The position numbers and the translations under genes are program-made. From a virus, in IMG/VR virus record IMGVR_UViG_3300029309_000008, positions 25,757 to 89,756 of that record: a stretch of 64,000 nt of DNA. The stretch is one strand, 5' to 3'. Shown here in pieces: positions 21,101 to 30,700 of the stretch (position 1 is the stretch's first letter; every line of letters starts with the position of its first letter). The notes under the pieces are model-generated. The model ran no database searches. It was not told the origin of the DNA and saw only the letters and a list, made by a program, of their open reading frames with translations.

Positions 21101-24100
21101 TCAAGTAAAAGACTACGATAATTTATTAGCTGCTCAGAGTGCTCCAGGTGTTGATAATACTCGAATGGAGGCAAGAACATTGGAGGCATTTAGACCTGAG
21201 TTTCCTCTAGAAGCCAAAAGAAATCCAGTTGTAATAAAAAAGAGCCCACTGTCGGCAGTTCATAATACTCTTGCATTGGCTGGGATGGTACCTGTTATAG
21301 GTGAACCTCTAGACTTACTTGATGCAGCTTTATACACTCTAGAAGGAGACTACGGAGGGGCTGCTTTAGCTGGTGCATCTGTTGTACCATTTATGGGTAG
21401 TGGTGCAGGGGCTTTAAGACTGACGGGTGCAGCCAAGACTCTGGCAAAAGGTGCAGAGGAAGGGTCTGATTTGAACAGGTATATAAAGCAGATAGAAAGG
21501 GAAAGAAGAATGTATGCAAATCCTGGTGCATCTCAAGAGGGATTTGATTATTTGCGATACTCGGAACAATTCCCCCAACTCAGTAAAGAATCAGAATATT
21601 TAAGTAATTTAGGCTTTTACAATATTAATCGTAAAATGGGTGCCCAAGCAGTAGATGATTACACAAGTTCTCATCATTTAGCAATGAATACAGCTTTTGA
21701 TAATTTAAACTTGCCTAATCAAAAAAGAGCTTCGGCACTCAATGAGTTAGTGCTTGACAACTCTAAAAGAATGGCTAATGATTTAGATGATTTTATTTCG
21801 TCAGGAATAGGAGGAAGAACATCTAAACCCATCACTTTGTCTAGAGCATCAACAGATGAAGTAGTCAGAGTTGTTAATGCAGATAATTCTATTACTGTAA
21901 AAAAGTTTAGCCAGTTACAACCTAACGATGTTATCTTAGAGACTAAGTTTACTTCCTACTATGACCCTAACAGGCCTTTATTTAACCAAAATATGTTTAC
22001 TAAAACTGCCGATGATTATGGATTAGTCTCTAAGACACCATCGCTTGGTTACTTCCCAGTTCGTCAACAAACATATATACCACAGGGTACAAAACTAGGC
22101 GTTCCTACTTTCCACGGTAAAGCAAGGATGTTTCAAGATGAAGCTGAATTTATAGGGAATAGGTTTGGTGTTAGAAGATTCACTGGCATGAATCCAGATG
22201 GAAGTTATGGTTTCCAACTTATAGGGGGCTTTCAAGATGGAGGAAGTGTCTCAGGCGAAGAACCTGTAAGTGACAATGTCATGGATAATGTGGAAGAATC
22301 TATTGACTATAGTCAGTATAATACAGACATACTTATTATGGCTTCTAAATTTTCTATGAGTCCTGATGAGTATATTGAATATTATAATAAGGGAATACAA
22401 ATGCTCAATGCAGGAAATACCATAGACGATTTAGTTAATATGGGTTATGGCAATAAAGAAGCATTATTATCTATGTTTCCTGGGGCATCTGTAGAGTCTA
22501 GAGGCAAATCCCAAACTCTTCAACAAGAAATAAAGCATATTCCTGTAACTAATTTACTAGAGGATACTGACTCTAGAACAGATGTGTCTAAGGTAGGAGC
22601 TGATATGATAGAATTTGTTGATAGTAGTAAAACAAAAGAAAGTGCTACATCAAAAATGCAGTCGGGAGGTATATTTGAAAATCCCATAACATCTGCTATG
22701 GAGAGTATGGATGAGTTCGGTAATATGATTGTAAATCAAAATTTAAAAAATGCTCTAGGGGAAACAGTAGAAGATACCTTTGGATTTAACTTCTTACCCG
22801 ATGATTCAAATTGTGAGGTGGAGGTGATTTACAAGGCACAGGAAGGGGGATATTATATGAATCAAGACAATGTAGTTAGACAATTAGTCGAAGACGCTGG
22901 AGACAGAGCAGGAAAAATTTATGATTTTATTTCAGACATGGGAGACCTTGCTGAAGATATTATAGAAATATCAAAAAATCCAAATTATGTAAATCAAAAT
23001 CAGCCCTTCCTTAATAAAGCACTGGATGCATTTAAATTGTATTTATCAGGTACTCCCGCCCCAGTTAAGACAGAGCAAGGGGAGAATGCAGATAGTCCTG
23101 TTGCATTGACTCCTGCAAAAATTAATGCTAATAATATCACAGCTGCTATAGAGCAAGTAGCGAAAGATGACGAAAATCTAGCTACACTCCTGGGTATGAC
23201 AGCTTACATGGAAAATTCGTATGGAGCGAATCCAAATGCTTACGGTAGAGAGTATACACATAGTTTTATGTCTCTTGATGACCCTTCTCTAAATCAAATT
23301 TTTGATATTAGAACTGGAGCTACTGATTATACAAAAGGTCAAAAAGCTATATTTAATATGTTTGAAAGCTTAGGCCTGCCGTCAGACAAAGAGTCGTTTA
23401 CAGAACTTTTAGACAAGGACGACCCTCTCGCTTCTGTAGCCGCAGCTAGGGCGTACTATGCTACTGTGCCTGAAGCACTGCCAGCATCATCAGATACTGA
23501 AGAGTTATTTAATTACTTTAGTAAGTACTACAACAGAGGAGGTCAAGGCAAGTACCAAACTGAGGAAGAATCACTTAACAGGTTTTTAGAGGGCTATACT
23601 CGACTGGTAGAGCAAGAGGACTTTGCGAATGGCGGCACTGTTGGTGAAACGGGAAAAATACTAGTTTCTAGTAATGGAGTATTTGACCGTAATTATGAAC
23701 CAGGCAAACCAGTGATTGTTCCTACAAGAAATGGTGTAATAACTATGGACGGTGTTGATGAAGACCTTTTAGCTATAAGTAATCTTGGAGAGTTTCGATT
23801 TATGGATGCTGATTCTGGTAATTATCAATTTGAAGGTAAAACTGTTCTGGAAGTGCCTGTTAAAATGTTTTATGGTAAAGATGGCGGTCTAGCTGATTGG
23901 TTTAAAGAAGAGTGGGTAAGAATCGATACTGAGGGCAATATCACAGGACCTTGTGGTACTATGAAAAAAGGCAAAGCCACTACCAGATGTCTTCCTAAAA
24001 AGAAAGCACAGTCCTTAAGCAAGGCAGAAAGAAAAGCAACTGCCCGTAAAAAGGTAAGAGGTTCTAAAAAGGGAAAACAGTTTGTAGCGAATACTAAGAA

Positions 24101-24626
24101 AGCCAAAGTGACGAGGAAAGATACGAAAAGATACGAAGCAGGAGGTCAAACTCCACTCAGCGAGTCATTCGTTATGGTAGATGTGTCTAAAATGGACACC
24201 CCAAGAGAGAACAAATCCTTTACTTTTGCAGATAATTTATCTCAGTACTCCACTGCCACTGCCGCATCTAAAGCTTTAAATGCCAATGATATTAGGGATT
24301 TTTTAAAGTCTGAAGGTTACGATGTGAGTCTTACGGATGGTAAAACTTTATCTTCAGATGAATTATCTGCTTTAAATGCTTATATGACTGGTCAACAAAG
24401 TGTAATGCTAGACGGGGGTGAGCTGCCTTACCAAACTTTTATAAGAGTAACTGGTTTACCTTGGCCCGAAGCAAAAAGAAGAGGATTCACAGACGGCAGT
24501 TATGAGAAAAATATAGCTCTACAAAATATGCTTTTAGAAGGGAAAACTCTTGGTACTACAATTAAACCAGAGAACAGAAGAAGCTTTGCAGAGGAGGAAG
24601 GACTAGTAGAAATAAACATCAGATAA
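18162..24626 (+). CDS. modular virion cargo polyprotein 1 (zincin, PT-TG-like x2, ADP-ribosyltransferase, lysozyme-like, DUF5872-like C-half)
   Basis: 2154 aa; HEADH; VPVIGEPLDLLDAALY; R...FTS...DEAE; modules separated by xxxGG linkers. Confidence 0.65.
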   Translation: MPTKKNNIPKGGFIRNQDADRKQEILDLFIKETNEYGAPNYNATAEFPSPIYEDAYQAAIDYQIEMLNSPRGQEMLRQETARNFLFNRDKRNERAFQETFDARLRNLENARSSLLFAPEIAGTAYGMAFPDGENTVVLTQELRGIPYTVPNMYSPDDLMFTMVHEADHVEKGSDFNTEGFNFFDANLQPKAFEKVRLTQRKTKDALENLDAQFGGGYQRQTGMTKEDFLSNYKNKKKGEKAYYFGENNPDKKVEGHIPLVELYDFDWATNPDEVSSQIVELQFLSSRIGIYDPKTEEFNESHLKKLEQLVNSKQVPRTVFRTFKNLKGIYEDDNLIDIMNLISQDNSMTDQTNMTYAQNGGYSRHQDDIPILDPNLPISSQASGYTQSSEADRISIQDAMNQANAQREEDRARLEYLKKLDDEARALGFNNYAEYSQAKGKENKAVVDNTFTTQASDLGMYDSYLPNIDIIEEQGPQKFLGSEFLGDLFPFGGAEIIPGPSEGIDFAMGVDAVDRGAYGEAAAHAAGFIFPFVTGKGILNFAKKYFGKSTPPVARKNIAREGENFVRIEVPVDRLDETTNVITPGARSTSPSVASGTNAPGRASVHLGEVPYYNNPNKMLNNEAQLAALSNMKSQGRYLDDINFSSSNLNPGDVNYVGTSGGRPVVSVQVPGPDGNMSTQYFYKSTGLGGKTVRDADGVVRSTEGMWQPFGGFANINMHGLPPDKEIQWFIKGAGYKDFYGSNAFENIAENLDDLTKNQFRYYDRANNQFGPNPINKQQGGSVKFMQGGTMGRHQEQFIVNPDGETTPLTDRGFYYNRALGSNVGGQSAYSAPSPGGGGFLGSATKDMTQADVVRQNIVKDEVEAQIDRDNQRQREIDRGTLPAYSFNKRYGKDTETLNGYAPGTPGHTFAMYGQDINLYRYGDNTAEENRQLVNELEQIFRENGLGYSEELNQSLKAFRDRAYHNYLVKNKDVLDGYYAQVKDYDNLLAAQSAPGVDNTRMEARTLEAFRPEFPLEAKRNPVVIKKSPLSAVHNTLALAGMVPVIGEPLDLLDAALYTLEGDYGGAALAGASVVPFMGSGAGALRLTGAAKTLAKGAEEGSDLNRYIKQIERERRMYANPGASQEGFDYLRYSEQFPQLSKESEYLSNLGFYNINRKMGAQAVDDYTSSHHLAMNTAFDNLNLPNQKRASALNELVLDNSKRMANDLDDFISSGIGGRTSKPITLSRASTDEVVRVVNADNSITVKKFSQLQPNDVILETKFTSYYDPNRPLFNQNMFTKTADDYGLVSKTPSLGYFPVRQQTYIPQGTKLGVPTFHGKARMFQDEAEFIGNRFGVRRFTGMNPDGSYGFQLIGGFQDGGSVSGEEPVSDNVMDNVEESIDYSQYNTDILIMASKFSMSPDEYIEYYNKGIQMLNAGNTIDDLVNMGYGNKEALLSMFPGASVESRGKSQTLQQEIKHIPVTNLLEDTDSRTDVSKVGADMIEFVDSSKTKESATSKMQSGGIFENPITSAMESMDEFGNMIVNQNLKNALGETVEDTFGFNFLPDDSNCEVEVIYKAQEGGYYMNQDNVVRQLVEDAGDRAGKIYDFISDMGDLAEDIIEISKNPNYVNQNQPFLNKALDAFKLYLSGTPAPVKTEQGENADSPVALTPAKINANNITAAIEQVAKDDENLATLLGMTAYMENSYGANPNAYGREYTHSFMSLDDPSLNQIFDIRTGATDYTKGQKAIFNMFESLGLPSDKESFTELLDKDDPLASVAAARAYYATVPEALPASSDTEELFNYFSKYYNRGGQGKYQTEEESLNRFLEGYTRLVEQEDFANGGTVGETGKILVSSNGVFDRNYEPGKPVIVPTRNGVITMDGVDEDLLAISNLGEFRFMDADSGNYQFEGKTVLEVPVKMFYGKDGGLADWFKEEWVRIDTEGNITGPCGTMKKGKATTRCLPKKKAQSLSKAERKATARKKVRGSKKGKQFVANTKKAKVTRKDTKRYEAGGQTPLSESFVMVDVSKMDTPRENKSFTFADNLSQYSTATAASKALNANDIRDFLKSEGYDVSLTDGKTLSSDELSALNAYMTGQQSVMLDGGELPYQTFIRVTGLPWPEAKRRGFTDGSYEKNIALQNMLLEGKTLGTTIKPENRRSFAEEEGLVEINIR

Positions 24627-24646
24627 AGGTAATTAAATGTAACATA

Positions 24647-24678
24647 TTTGTATTATCCGATTAATTGTTTTATATTTA
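24647..24678 (+). promoter_or_regulatory. Bacteroidota-type sigma70 promoter candidate
   Basis: TTTG-N20-TATATTTA, one mismatch to the TTTG-N19-21-TAnnTTTG consensus, in an 85-bp intergenic gap. Confidence 0.45.
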
Positions 24679-24711
24679 AACCTCCACTAAAGTACAAATT
24701 TCATACTAAAA

Positions 24712-27700
24712 ATGGCACAGGAATTTAAAAGAAAAAATGCCCCTCAATATAAGGATGGCGGGGGCTATTTCAAACATCAAATGATTAGTCCTTTTTTTGG
24801 GGTGTCAAACACTCCTGTGTTCGGGGTATCTCAAACTCCAGTAATGGGTTCGGCTTCTCAACCTTGGTGGCAAAGTATGTTTAGATTCTTACCTGCAAAC
24901 ACTCGAAGTGCGATAAGAACTCTATCGGGTAGAGGTGCGGGTTCAGGCACCCGTGGGGGAGGAACTCCTACACAAAACTTAATGAGGTTAGGCATAGAGA
25001 CAGGCCAAGTAGGTCCTGTTTCAGAGACATATAGGGAAACAAATATGCCTTACTTCGATTTGATAAGATTTCTTGCAAAATCTACATATGGTAGAGAGGA
25101 GCTAACTTCAGAAGAGTGGGACCGCATGTTAGGTGTTAATGCCGACAAGGTGGGGTTTTTAGGGGATTACTCTCGAATGATTAAAAGACTTGATTATTTT
25201 GATGAAGAAAAGGGGTATGAAATTCCTACATTAGCAAAAGATATTATACTAACCTTCGATGATGACGGTACAGCGTATTATGTGCCTTATGATGAGAAGA
25301 TAATGCAAGGAGATGCAGAAGCAAGGAAACAAGGAATACAAAATGCTTTTGGTGGACTTGATAACCCCTATTTGAATAGAGCTTTTGAAAATCAGAATAT
25401 ACCGATATATGGTCTTGATGAGTTCTATCCAGAGGATAAAAGATATTTAGTATACAACAGTGCTTTAAACAGGGTAGAAGTTATGGGTGAGGGACTTGCT
25501 AACCCTATTAAAAGTATGAGCATGAAAAGGTTTCAAGAACTTTACCCACAATTAGACACTTCAGGTGTACAAGCTTCTGGAGCTGATGTAAGAATAAATA
25601 TACCTGAAGAAGGAATAACTATAGGCGAAATGTCAGGGGGCATAAAGATTAGGCAAGAAGGGGGATTAACCTTAGCAAAAGACGGAAAAAAAATGAAAAA
25701 AGGATACACAAGAAAACAAGATAATACTGGAGCAACTGGAGCAACTGGAGCAACTGGAGCAACAGATGATGGAGCAGTCACACCTGGAGGGTCGGTAACT
25801 ACCACATCCACTTCTTCGCAAGACCAAGCCGTAACGGGTGCAGGGCCACAGCAGAGTACATTTGTAGGAGACCCTACCCAGCAACCATACCTCACTAAAA
25901 AGGAAGCTAGGCGAGCAAGAAAGGACTTAAGACTTTCAAATAGAACAGGTGTGCCTATCAACCTTTTTGGTAGTTTTCTAGACATGCCTATGGGTGACCC
26001 TAGTACTATTGCAAGAATGGCTGGACTTTCAGGAAGACCTGGTATGTATGGCAGACTTGGAGCTAGTATAGGAGGTAATGTATTGCAAGGATTACTTGCA
26101 GGAGCTCAACGAACAGGTGGAGGACGATTTGGAGGATTTTTTATGCCGCAAAATACTTTGAATCAAATGGCAGGAACGGGCATGGGCATGGGCATGGGTG
26201 ACGGTGTTAACGTTCAAGTTTTAGGACCTCTACAGAGAAGAAGACTACAGAGAAGAGGTGTAGACTTAGTACCTGCCTCGCAGTATATTACTGAAGGTTT
26301 TGAAAGAGGGAGAGTAGAACCTATCGAAGCCGTAGAACCAGGTACATTAAGCACAGAAGAAGCACAAACAGAACAAACTGCCTCAACAGGGCAAACTGCC
26401 TCAACAGCGACTACTCCACAAATGTATGAAATAGCTCCAGGGAGGACTACCACTAGTCAAATCAATCCTGAAACAGCAGATATAAATAGGCTGCTCTTTG
26501 CAGCAGGGTATGGTGTAAGACCAGGAAGAGCTAGACGAGCAATGATGGAAGATGCAAACATAGGTAGAGGAGATATTAGACTAGAAAGACAAACAACACC
26601 TTTTGGAGCAACTCGACAAGAAGCTATAGACAATCTTCTTAGAGAATACTTTATAGAACAGGTCCTACCTACCTTAAATCCTGATGCATTTATTCAAAAT
26701 AATATGCAAGGAGGAACTATCGTGGGGGGAACGCCTACTTCACAATATGGGGTAACTGTAAATCCTCTAAATAACTACGCAGGTTCCTTTATGGATTCAG
26801 CACTTAGTGCTGCTGGCTCATATGCTAATGGAGGATACACTAGGAATCAGGGTGCTCAAACAACCATACCCTCAATAGGAACAATGCAAAGACGATTAGA
26901 CCAAGCAGTTAGTGCTATTGCATCAATCACCGATTTATATGGAGATACTAAAGATGAAACTGTGGCTACTATTAATAGTTTTTCATTAGATGATTTAAAT
27001 AAGGAAATTAATAGACCAGGACTAGACCCTATTGTAAAATCACAATTACAAATTCTTAGGGACGGGTTAACTACGTCTCAAACAAATGCTTTGATTACCC
27101 CTCAAGATGGGTATACTATGAACAGAGATGGATTTGATGGTCAAACTTATGAAGAGTACGCTAAAACTACTCCTAACCCAATTCCTAAAGATGTTTTTAT
27201 TGCAAAAGGCCTAGCTATGGGTAATGAGAGCGTAGCTATGGAAGGAATGGTTATTCCCCCACCTCCGTCACCAACTAGAATCGGTATGCGTATGGCTCAA
27301 GAGGGTATACAAACTCCAATCGATTACTCTAGCAGTGATGCAAGTTTGATGGGAGATGAGCAAATGATGGCTAATGCTTTTAATAATTCTATGATGGCAG
27401 GAAATAATATTCCTAATGGTGGGATGATGATGGCAGCTGACGGAATGATGAAAGAAGATATGGGCGTTAATAACGCTATACAGCAGTATAGAAACGAAAT
27501 GTATCTTAGAAATGGAGGTGCGGTAGTGCGAAGTAGAGATGCATACTCTCCTGCTATACCTATGGGTTCAGGGATGGGGCCAAGCAACCTTTCACAATCA
27601 TTAGTAGACACAGCAATGGGGCCTGATTTAACTCAAGAACAAATGGATGTTCTAAATATGGTTGTAGGTGAAGAACCTATGGTACTGCCTGGTAATTCCG

Positions 27701-27777
27701 AGATAGTTCAAGGTAAATTTGGACCTATACACAGTCCTACTCCTGAGTATTTAATGAGAACAAATAGAATGGCATAA
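24712..27777 (+). CDS. modular virion cargo polyprotein 2 (low complexity, G/M/Q-rich)
   Basis: 1021 aa; YKDGG, RQEGG, YANGG, LRNGG and AQEG linkers. Confidence 0.6.
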   Translation: MAQEFKRKNAPQYKDGGGYFKHQMISPFFGVSNTPVFGVSQTPVMGSASQPWWQSMFRFLPANTRSAIRTLSGRGAGSGTRGGGTPTQNLMRLGIETGQVGPVSETYRETNMPYFDLIRFLAKSTYGREELTSEEWDRMLGVNADKVGFLGDYSRMIKRLDYFDEEKGYEIPTLAKDIILTFDDDGTAYYVPYDEKIMQGDAEARKQGIQNAFGGLDNPYLNRAFENQNIPIYGLDEFYPEDKRYLVYNSALNRVEVMGEGLANPIKSMSMKRFQELYPQLDTSGVQASGADVRINIPEEGITIGEMSGGIKIRQEGGLTLAKDGKKMKKGYTRKQDNTGATGATGATGATDDGAVTPGGSVTTTSTSSQDQAVTGAGPQQSTFVGDPTQQPYLTKKEARRARKDLRLSNRTGVPINLFGSFLDMPMGDPSTIARMAGLSGRPGMYGRLGASIGGNVLQGLLAGAQRTGGGRFGGFFMPQNTLNQMAGTGMGMGMGDGVNVQVLGPLQRRRLQRRGVDLVPASQYITEGFERGRVEPIEAVEPGTLSTEEAQTEQTASTGQTASTATTPQMYEIAPGRTTTSQINPETADINRLLFAAGYGVRPGRARRAMMEDANIGRGDIRLERQTTPFGATRQEAIDNLLREYFIEQVLPTLNPDAFIQNNMQGGTIVGGTPTSQYGVTVNPLNNYAGSFMDSALSAAGSYANGGYTRNQGAQTTIPSIGTMQRRLDQAVSAIASITDLYGDTKDETVATINSFSLDDLNKEINRPGLDPIVKSQLQILRDGLTTSQTNALITPQDGYTMNRDGFDGQTYEEYAKTTPNPIPKDVFIAKGLAMGNESVAMEGMVIPPPPSPTRIGMRMAQEGIQTPIDYSSSDASLMGDEQMMANAFNNSMMAGNNIPNGGMMMAADGMMKEDMGVNNAIQQYRNEMYLRNGGAVVRSRDAYSPAIPMGSGMGPSNLSQSLVDTAMGPDLTQEQMDVLNMVVGEEPMVLPGNSEIVQGKFGPIHSPTPEYLMRTNRMA
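26911..27060 (+). repeat. dispersed direct repeat, copy 1 (paralog at 33061-33210)
   Basis: 125/150 identical by manual ungapped alignment, including a 32-bp perfect core. Confidence 0.9.
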
Positions 27778-27786
27778 ACAATTCGT

Positions 27787-30700
27787 ATGTTTAGAAAAAA
27801 AGTAATTAGAAACCAAGAGGTACCTGTAGACCCAAATGCATATCAGTCTACCAACCCTGCCTATCAATATATTCCAGCAGGTATAGATATGATGGCAACA
27901 GAAGGGGAGCCTGCTACTGATGTTTTTGGAAATCCTAGGCCTCTTGTTTTTAAAAGACGAGCCCTTGGTAGTTTTGACTCTCAAGAAGACTTTAATAAGT
28001 ATCACGCAATAGTGAGGAATCGTCAAAATCAAATGTCTACTTCTGGAAAAATAATAGATGAAATTCAACAAGCATTGGTGGATGCAGCTTACGTTTTAAC
28101 TAATCCATTGAGTACGTATAAGGATGCTCATAGCATGGAGGGTTTGAGAAGAATGAGAGGTGAAATTGAGCAGAACGGAGGATATATTAGAAATCAAAAT
28201 GCTGTAGGAACTTCACTACCAGGATATGGGGGGTTTGCAGGACCTGGATTACCTGCAAATATTGATGCTGACTCAGATGGTATACCTGATGCATATGATA
28301 GTTTACCAGACTCAACGGGAGGCTCTTTTGTATTTGACACCCCAACTACAACTACTGAATCAACTACATCTCCGATGGTACCTTTTGTGCCTGACACAGT
28401 CGAAAGTCTTCCAAATATGAGACAGTTTAACCCTTATCAAAATGTTGGTTTTGGGTTGAGCACTGCCTTAACATCGGATAGTGCGGGTGAAAGAAGAGCT
28501 GGTGCTGTTCTTACAGGATTAGCAGGGGCTTCCTCAGCGTTTGACCTTGGCAGCAATCTATTGCTTGGTAGAGGGGCCAACAAAGAAATAACAGACATGA
28601 TGGCCCAAGCAGATAGAACTGCAGGCCTTGATTTTCAAGCACCTATTATGGACCAAACAGAAGGAGTAGAGTCTGCGTTATCTAGAACTGGCTTTGCTCA
28701 AGATGGTGCAACTATGTACAAAAAAGGTGGTAAGTCTAAAAAGAAAAATAAACCTAATAACCCTTCATTGTGGTCAAGAGCCATTGCTGCAGCAAAGAAA
28801 AAGTTTGATGTTTATCCATCGGCTTATGCCAATGCATGGGCTGTACAATGGTACAAAAAGAAAGGAGGCACTTGGAGAAAAGCTCAAGATGGTTTTGTAT
28901 ACGAAGAAGGAGGTCAAATCACTATTGAAGAGCAACTATCAGGTAGAAACGTGACGGGAATAGCTAGACCTGAATTATCAGGGACAGAGATAAATGCAGA
29001 GCTTGAGAAAAACGAATACGTTGAGTACCCAGAAGAGCAAAAAATATCTAAAGTTATAGGAAAGTCACACGCCCAAGGTGGAGAAAAAATGAACCTAGAG
29101 CCAGGTACAAGAATCCTCTCTGACAATATAAAGGTAGGTGCCGAGTACAAGAAAGCTTTATCTGATTTATTTGATATGAAAAATATCAAAGCAAATGATA
29201 CTGTAGCGAAGGTGATGGAAAAGTATCTTCAAAAGTCAGGAATTACAGCTATACAAAAAAGACAAGAAGAGGTACTGAAAGGTCTTAAAGAAAATATGTC
29301 TGTTAAGGACGAGGCTACTAGAAGAACTAACGAGCAGTTCTATGCTGATAAAATTATTAAGACTCAAGCTGAATTAAACGAGAAGCAAAAAGAACAAACA
29401 CTAGTGTTCAATGTATTGTTCCAGATGCAAGAAGCTCGTAAAGCTAAAAATGAGCAAGGAGACCCCTCTGCAAAAAACATTAGAAAAAGACCACCATTAG
29501 AACAGGAATTCGTACCTTACGAAGGCCCACCCCCAGTAGAAGAAGAAACCGCACAACCAGTTGAAGTGGCTCTGCAAAACGGAGGCACTATAGATATTTT
29601 AATGGATGGTACTAAAATATATGCATCTCCAGAAGCAATAGAAATTGTACGAAGAGATGCTTTAGAAGGAGGCTATGGCGACTTTATGGAGTACCTATCT
29701 GAAAATGTAACGGGTAGATACGCAGATGGTGGAGGTATCCCTGAGAGATACAAGAAAAAAGGCTTTAGAAAAGTAGGTGTAAAGAAAAGAGCTCCATCTG
29801 GTTCAAAACACAAGTGGGAAGTACTTGCACGCAAAAAAGTAGGAGGTAAGACTCGTTACAAAATTGTTAAAGGAGGCTTTAGAGGGATGAAGGACTTTAC
29901 CCAACACAAAGACAAAAAACGTCAAAAAAGTTTCTGGGATAGAATGGGAGGTAAAAACTCTGCTAAAACAAAAGACCCATTTTCTCCACTTTATTGGCAC
30001 AAACGCTTTGGTACTTGGGAAGATGGTGGTAAATTAGATGCGAAGAAAAATTTTAAACCGCATTGGATGTACGACCCTAATAACCCAAATAAGGCTGAGT
30101 TTGCAGAAAAGTATGAAGACCACGTAAGACTTGATAAGCTAGGATATGTTTACGAGAAGCCTAAAATCGAAGACTTTGAGTACGGTGGTATGAGCAGATA
30201 CCAAAGTGCGAATCAGGTTGAAATTATTGTCGATGCAGACGGTAATAGATATATTCCTCAGTTTAGAGACAGAGAGACAGGACAAGTTGTATATGCTGAT
30301 GCACAAGGTAATTATGTTGTACCTGGGCAAATGACTACTGAAAATTCAACTTTTAATGCAAATGCTCGAGGTATATACCGTGCGGGGCAGTATGGTTATG
30401 ATGAATTGGATGACGTAGGAAAGTCTAAATTAGACGAATCGTCTGGAGCTACAGCAGACTATGTGGCTGAACAATACAAAAAAACAGGAAGCGTACAAGG
30501 TCTTACTGTAAACGTGTTTGGTGCAAGTTCAAAAACTCCTGTTTCGCCCAAGAGCCAGATAGAGATATTTGAAAGCTTAGGCTATGAGCAAATTGGTAGT
30601 AACAAAAATAGATATAGAGTTCCTGATTTAGCTAATGACCCTACAGGTCAAACTTTTATAGAGGTTCTGGTTGGTACTTCTGAAGCAAGTGATGCAGCTA

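Noticed and set aside
25726-26406. Short tandem repeats (actggagca x4, ggcatg x3, an 18-bp duplication near 26370) as CRISPR or regulatory arrays
   Set aside because: In-frame low-complexity coding repeats with no spacers
28264-28302. DADSDGIPDAYD thrombospondin-3-like Ca-binding motif
   Set aside because: A single copy in a disordered region; not enough to call a domain
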